Source of the DNA: Vicugna vicugna
Taxonomy: Eukaryota
DNA length: 54,447 nt
Direction: 5' to 3'
Assembly: GCA_013265495.1 (NCBI GenBank)
Contig: MU058844.1
Location: forward strand, 8,555,260-8,609,706
The notes beneath the pieces were generated by a model. It worked only from the letters and a program-made list of their open reading frames with translations. It made no database searches and was not told where the DNA came from. Shown here one piece after another: positions 48,382-54,447 of the stretch. How positions within the stretch are numbered: the stretch's first letter is position 1; every line of letters begins with the position of its first letter. The translations under genes and the position numbers were made by a program.

Positions 48382-49249
48382 GTTTAAACATTTCTTTTTG
48401 TGCTATTTCCTTAGCTGTCTACCTTATGCATGGCTCATCACCGATAGCTTAGAACCATGAGGTAGAAATTACCAAACGTGGGTAGTTGGCCTTGAGGAGA
48501 GGGTAAGCATGGCATAGACCAAATGAATGAAAGAAAAAGTGAAATACGAAGTAGCCAACTGGACTCCACAGCTGTACATCAGAGAATAATGGTATTGCCT
48601 ATTTGCCTGGCCATTGTTTGTTTCTTTTAACAAACGGGGTACAGCTTTTGAGTAATCTAAACTCCTTGATCCATTAATCCCACATCTGCCTCTGTTCCAT
48701 CTCCCACACCATGCTCTCTCCCGGGAATGCATTTCTGGTACAATTGTCAATCTTTTACCTTGGTATCAAATTTGAATTCTTTCAAATTCAGGTGTTTTTC
48801 TTTTTTCACTTCAAAGTAAGAGGTGGACTCTCCTGATTATTGTCTTTTGTACTGTATGTTCTAAATTGCTTTATCTTATATAAATACATATATAGAGAGA
48901 ATCATTTATATTTTTATTTAAATTGTTTGAGATCCACAATCCCTTTGTTATTCATACTGTGCTTAGAGATAAATTACTATAAGGATTTAATTTGCTTGTT
49001 GTGGATTTGCTTGCCTCAGGCCGCTGCCAAATGTATCCAGGAACATTAGCAATTTGCAGCAGTTTCAAATCATCATCATTTATAAGACAAAAAACAAACT
49101 GCACTATGATCACACAGAAATTAGAGCAATCAATAGACCTAGTGTTTCCCTTCACAATACATAATATGACCCAGTAGATTATAAAATACTGTTAGTGTAC
49201 AACTGTGTACTTCTAGTATTTTTTACTTTCTGTACACACGTACGTAAGC

Positions 49250-49455
49250 TATGGCAAGGTGTAATGAAAACAGAACTGGATAGTGAATCAGGCCTGGTTC
49301 TATACAAGGGCAGCCTTATAAATTTGATCAAGATACCCACCTCCTTTACATATCAGCTCCTCTATATTCAAAAGGCGAATGATCAACCTTGCCCCAACAG
49401 GGTTGTTAAGCAGATGTGAAAATTCTTTGGAAATGCAAAATTTAAGGTGTGATAA
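49250..49455 (+). mobile_element. MIR remnant
   Basis: Weak MIR pattern (gaactggatagtgaatcagg.cctggttct...cagggttgtt). Confidence 0.5.
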
Positions 49456-50309
49456 TGGTTACTGAATCCAATGAAATAACCATAGACTTGCATAGTAAAG
49501 TATGTTTTAAATGGTATTGATGTTGCATACATTTCCTGCAACTGGATGAAATCATCTTTGTAAGAGGAAAAAACTGAAGCTGGCTGTGTAGTTTTCTCCT
49601 TGGCAGATGTTGCTATGTGATATGCATTGTCCCACTGGGAAAGCCTCAGAAGACTGCACGTTCATCCTAGCTTTAGCTGTATGCCTATGCGAGATACCAG
49701 GAAAACGATTAGCCTTCTGCAAGAACAATGCATCGAACCCATTAATGTACTGAATCTATCAGAACTAATCTCCAGACTGTGTGATTTGTAGTTGCTAAAA
49801 TTTACATGATGTTGTAATAAAAATTAAAATAGGCATTTAAGTAAAATTGTTGTTTGCAGAAATTAACATTGATTTCATCAAGCTACATTCAAAATCTTCC
49901 TACAGAAGTTTTGTTCACCAATGGAAAAAAAATAAAAGAAATTTAAAATTATGCAACCATGTGAAAACAACTGATTATCAAAGATGAGAAGTCTGGTTCT
50001 TGGCAGAATTTCAAAAGGACTTTTACAAAATGTACTTAATATTTATGAATAAATTAATTAATCCTCTCACCACTCTAGCGATGAACTCAGAGTAATAAAA
50101 TATATGATCTCAATTTTCTGCATAAGGATACTAAAGTAGAAAGGTTATTACATGCTGTAGGCCATTCTGAGAATCAGTGTCTGAGCAGGAAAAAAAATAA
50201 CTTTGGTATTCTGGCTTCTGAGAATGGAGTAATGTTACTTGGAGTTAGTTTTTCTATTAGGGCTTCCAGTGGTCTGTCTTAGATTTACTTCTCTGCACAT
50301 GTTATTTGT

Positions 50310-50548
50310 TCTGTTTTTTCATGCACTTTATACTTTTATTATCATTAAATTTTTTTTAATTTTATTTTTTATTGAAGTTTGGTTGATTTACAATATTATA
50401 TTAGTTTCAAGTGTACAATACAGTGATTCAATATTTTTATAGATTATACTTCATTTAAAGTTATTACAAAATAAGGGCTATATTTCCCATGCTGTACAAT
50501 GTATTCTTGTGCTTATCTATTTTATACACAGCTGCTTACCTCTCCTAA
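50310..50548 (-). mobile_element. 5'-truncated L1 3' end with a 16-bp TSD
   Basis: L1 tail ttattgaagtttggttgatttacaatatt. Identical TSD tgcacatgttatttgt at 50294-50309 and 50549-50564. Confidence 0.88.
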
Positions 50549-52625
50549 TGCACATGTTATTTGTATTCTCCTCAACCTACTTAATTTCCTCTTAAATAAT
50601 ATTTAGTAAGGAAAGCAAACCTCATCCACATGTGGCATCATGCATGTAGGTTGCTTAATATGTAGGATTTGACTGAGTTGCTGATAGCATAATAGAAGAG
50701 AAGAGGCAGCTACTTTAATGAAACCAAAAAAAGGAAAATGTTTCACTACTTCTCTCTATTTGGTAGGCCACTGGAATACTGACTTCCTAAAAGGTGCCTG
50801 AGGGTCATTTGTATATTGCTTGTTTAATAGTATTCTCCTCACGCCGGCTGCTATTTCATTTGGTTTTACGTGATGTCTGTGTCTCAGCGCTGTAAGTGGG
50901 AGGGAGTCCTGCTGCCTCTGTTAGATTATCACCTGGTGCGCCTGGTTTCAGAGTGGGCTGTACTCCCAAAAGGCAGGTGGGGAGTTGATCACACAGCTGC
51001 TCTACATGGATAACAATAGAGGCTGCTACATTCATTTTATGCCATCACACCCAGCTTTTTCAGGGATATTACATTTTTATATGATGTTGTATGTATCTCT
51101 CAGAAAATAAGATTCAATGAATTATGAAAAATACATCTGTTACATTTTTATATGATACCTGGCTCTTAATTGAACATAGTTTATACTAGTATTCCCCATC
51201 TGTACCCAGGTTATATACATATTTCTGTCATTCAAACATTCAATTTTATTAATTGAGCAATAATATGTCAACATTAGGTGAATGTTTCTTACTGGTTTAA
51301 AGATCTAAAAACATATGTTATGAGATGGAACAGTTTCACAGGATTTGGCACACCAGCTATTCATAACCAGATTTGTATTATTACAAGCAAGACAGAAAAA
51401 AAAAAGCAATACAAATAAGTGAGCTGGAAGTGAGAGCTTCCTTGTAGATGAGATGAGGTGAGGAGAAAATTTTTTATTATGTTTCAGTACATTGGGTAAA
51501 CAATTTCTCTATTAGTGTATGGTGATCTAAATCTGGGCCATCAAAAATAGCCATATAGAGAAATAGATTGATTCATATAGGAGAGAGAGAACGGAATTTC
51601 ATGACCACGCTAACCAGTTCATTTAGGTCTCAAGAGATGGCAGTTTTGTAAACAAGATGTGGAAAGAATAAGGAAGAACAAGAAAAAGAAAACAAACTAC
51701 CAAAAGGACTGAAATGAAACCAAAAAAGAAAGCTTAGCACAAATGGATTTAGATTTAAAAGAGAAAATGGAATATGAACAGGGAATGCTTTTGGGTATTT
51801 CAGGGTCTTTTGGGGAAAATATTGTCCATAGCTATTTGTGCCCTCTGAGTCCAAATAATACATGAGGTTCTAAACTTCATAGGTGATTTTAATCGTATAA
51901 GAGAGTTAAATTCAGCATTGGGCACCTGAGCATGTCTTAAGAAGAATGACTAAAAAGAGCTTAGTTCTTGGGCTTAGTTGAGTATGTAATTTTAATGCTT
52001 AATTAATGGTGCTGGGATAAAGAGACTGTAGTGTCACAATTTGCCCTCAAGTGGACTGGGTATCTTGTCACATGTGATCCTTTAAAACACTTTACAATCT
52101 TTTATTATATTTACTATGCAAGTTATGTTTAATGTAAAAAATTAGAATAAGCAGCAAAGAGAAAAAAACTTAATCTTCATTGTGAGATATGTGATGTTAA
52201 TATTTTGTATATCTCCCCAAATTTCATCTTTCATATATATACATATTTACACACACCAGATAATATTTTACATGACTTAATAATAATTTTTTCATTCTTC
52301 TTAAATATCTTTCCATATCTGAATATATTTCTATTTAAAATTTTTATCTTAAGTAGGTATTTAACCTCTCTCCAGACTGATTTTGTCAATCTCATTCATT
52401 TTTCCTGCAAAATTTTACTTAGCACCTATTATGTTCCAGGTAATGAAAAGCACAAAGTCTCTGTTCTCATAAAGCTTACATTGTAGAAGAGAATAAATAA
52501 GGAAAAACCACCTCCAACAAAAGGATAATATCAACTCAAAGAGTTGTAATTGCTAAGAAGACAATAAATAGAAAAAAAATGGCAATCATGATAGTGACAG
52601 AGTAATGCATTATGAGAGTGCCTCT

Positions 52626-52975
52626 TGTTAAAAGATAAACTGAAGCATGCTAAAAATTTTAAGTTTATTTGAGCAAAAATTGATTTGAACGGGGCAGTGC
52701 CAAACCAGAGGTGGTTTGAAACACTCCACCCACAGGAGCCAGTGGAAGGACTTTTATAGACAAGGGGGAAAAAGCTAGAAAATTATTTGCTGGGTTACAG
52801 TTTAGGGCATTGTATTGTTTGGAAAAGTCTAGTTTGCTATTTGTGATTGGTTGTCCTCAGGTTTCAATCTCTTAACTTTGAGGCATTTCAGGCTTAGATT
52901 TTGGTTTGCTTATAGAGGCTACTAAGACATCAAGCCATATTAGTCTGATGGCCTCTTTGCTTAATTAACTTAACA
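52626..52975 (-). mobile_element. ERV1 solo LTR (MER93/MER101-like)
   Basis: TGTTA...TAACA termini and a poly(A) signal on the minus strand (tttatt at about 52664). Confidence 0.75.
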
Positions 52976-53321
52976 TTATATTGGAATATTATACAGTTGT
53001 TGTATTTATCCTCTGGCCTCCTGCTGTCCCCACCCCCAGTTAGCCATCTTTCAAATGATGCTTTCCCATTCCTGATAAACTCTTATTTTTAAGTATTATC
53101 AGTTTTAGTATCTTTTACTTACAATTTTAAATTTCTGGAGGGTCAAAAATAATCTTGAAAGTTAAAAAAATTAAGGCAACATTAAATACACCACTCATTG
53201 TAAAGTGTATTAAAAAAAATGGGCTTGCCTGTTATAAACAGTAAAATTAGTCATCATAGCCACCCATAGATTAAAAAACTTTTTTTTAAATTAAAAAATT
53301 TTTTTTTTCAAATGAAGTAGG

Positions 53322-53866
53322 TGTGAAGCCAGCTGGCACTTTCTGGGAATGTCGAGCCAGCTGGCACTCTCTGAAGCTACTCTAAAGTTCATAAAACCTC
53401 CACTCCTGGGCTCTCCAAGTACCTGGAGCTGATTGACACCTTAACCCCTCTCACCACTGCAGGACCCTTTGCATACCTGCATTTCTGCAAGATAAAAACA
53501 TCTTCTCTTGATGTGTGTTTCCTCTAACAAAATTAACCACCCCAGGGAATAGCCTGGCTAGCATGTCTCTAGGCACATCCTGCCCTTATCAGAGTCTTAA
53601 ACCTATTCCCCTGACAGATATTACAACCAGTCAGATATCTGTGCATGAACTGATCATGCAACCCCCACCCACTGTGTTCACAACCTCTTCCCTTAATAAA
53701 AGACCCTACATGTTCACATGCTCACACAATCACCTCTTGTCTGTGTGGCCTGCTGTTGCCTGTAGCGGTGTACCTATTAAACTTTCCCTTTGTTCTTTAA
53801 CCCCTCATAGTCTTTGGTAAATTCTGTTATTGCCGGTGTACCAACCAGCACCTTGTGTCTCCCAAT
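53322..53866 (+). mobile_element. ERVL-class LTR (MER54/73/74/88-like)
   Basis: Starts with TG, and has attaaacttt...gtctttggtaaattct at the 3' end, typical of this group. Confidence 0.55.
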
Positions 53867-54029
53867 AGTAGGCACATAATTGAATTAAGCAATTCTCAGA
53901 GGTTTCTAGGGAAAAAAACACGTCCTATATCACTTCTTGTCACCCTCCAATTTTACTCCCCAGAGTCAGACACTTAGCCTGTTTTTTTTTTTTGTATATT
54001 CTTTTTCTATTTTATGTTTTTCTGAGTTT

Positions 54030-54447
54030 TCTAAATTGTTTTATTTTCAACTTACTTTGAAAAATTTCAAACTCACAGTAAAGTTTCAAGATTAGTACAA
54101 CAAACATTCATATACATACACCCTTACCTAGATTAGTCAACTGTTAACATTTGCCACATATGTTCTCATTTTCTCTTGCTCTCTATGTCTGTATATATGC
54201 CCCACTCATACTTTTTCTGTGGAACTATCCGGAACTAAATTGTAGACATTTTCACCCCTAAATATTTGAGTTCATTTCACCTATGAATAAGAACAGTCAC
54301 TTAAATAACCACTATATATTCAATTTAAGAAATTTAACATATATGCACTAATCTTTTTTTAGTCATTTTCCCCACTAATCTGAAATTCAACCCATGATCA
54401 CTGTCTTTTTAGTCTGGAATAGTTCCTCAGCCTCTCTTTGTTTTTTT
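54030..54447 (-). mobile_element. Old L1 (L1MC/L1MB-type) 3' UTR fragment, running off the window
   Basis: Contains ttttgaaaaatttcaaactcacagtaaagtt.caaga...cccttacctagatt...tgttaacatttgccaca...tcacccctaaata. Confidence 0.75.

Noticed and set aside
49608..49791. Unique segment with short open frames on both strands
   Set aside because: It has no coherent splice pair or recognisable motif. It may simply be non-coding sequence.
505..53820. The 60-140 aa ORFs in the supplied track as genes
   Set aside because: Nearly all lie in recognisable transposons or are chance ORFs, many with non-ATG starts. Only L1 ORF2 and ERV gag remnants show recognisable protein motifs.

Overview
This is AT-rich, repeat-dense eutherian genomic DNA, most likely from a camelid (camel, alpaca or llama). 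A tRNA-derived SINE of the camelid Vic-1 type sits at about 11.2-11.36 kb, and short artiodactyl-type L1 3' ends are present. Most of the window is a layered mosaic of L1, L2, MIR, MaLR (MLT1), hAT DNA transposons (MER53, MER33, MER5A) and at least ten ERV LTRs, several with intact TG...CA ends and target-site duplications (TSDs). At 20.1-26.6 kb there is a compound endogenous retrovirus block: class I integrase/env-region remnants, an old LTR, a deleted class III (ERV-L/S-like) LTR-gag element, and more class I internal sequence. No long intact ORF is present. The ORF track is almost all chance ORFs or transposon remnants. In the repeat-poor gaps there is a series of minus-strand candidate exons with good splice signals: 48 nt, a 9-nt micro-exon, 85 nt, and a possible terminal exon with a poly(A) signal. 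These suggest the 3' end of an unidentified gene, which I cannot name. I see no prokaryotic system or CRISPR array. Repeat family names are recognised from memory of consensus sequences, not from a database search. Boundaries of old repeats are approximate.
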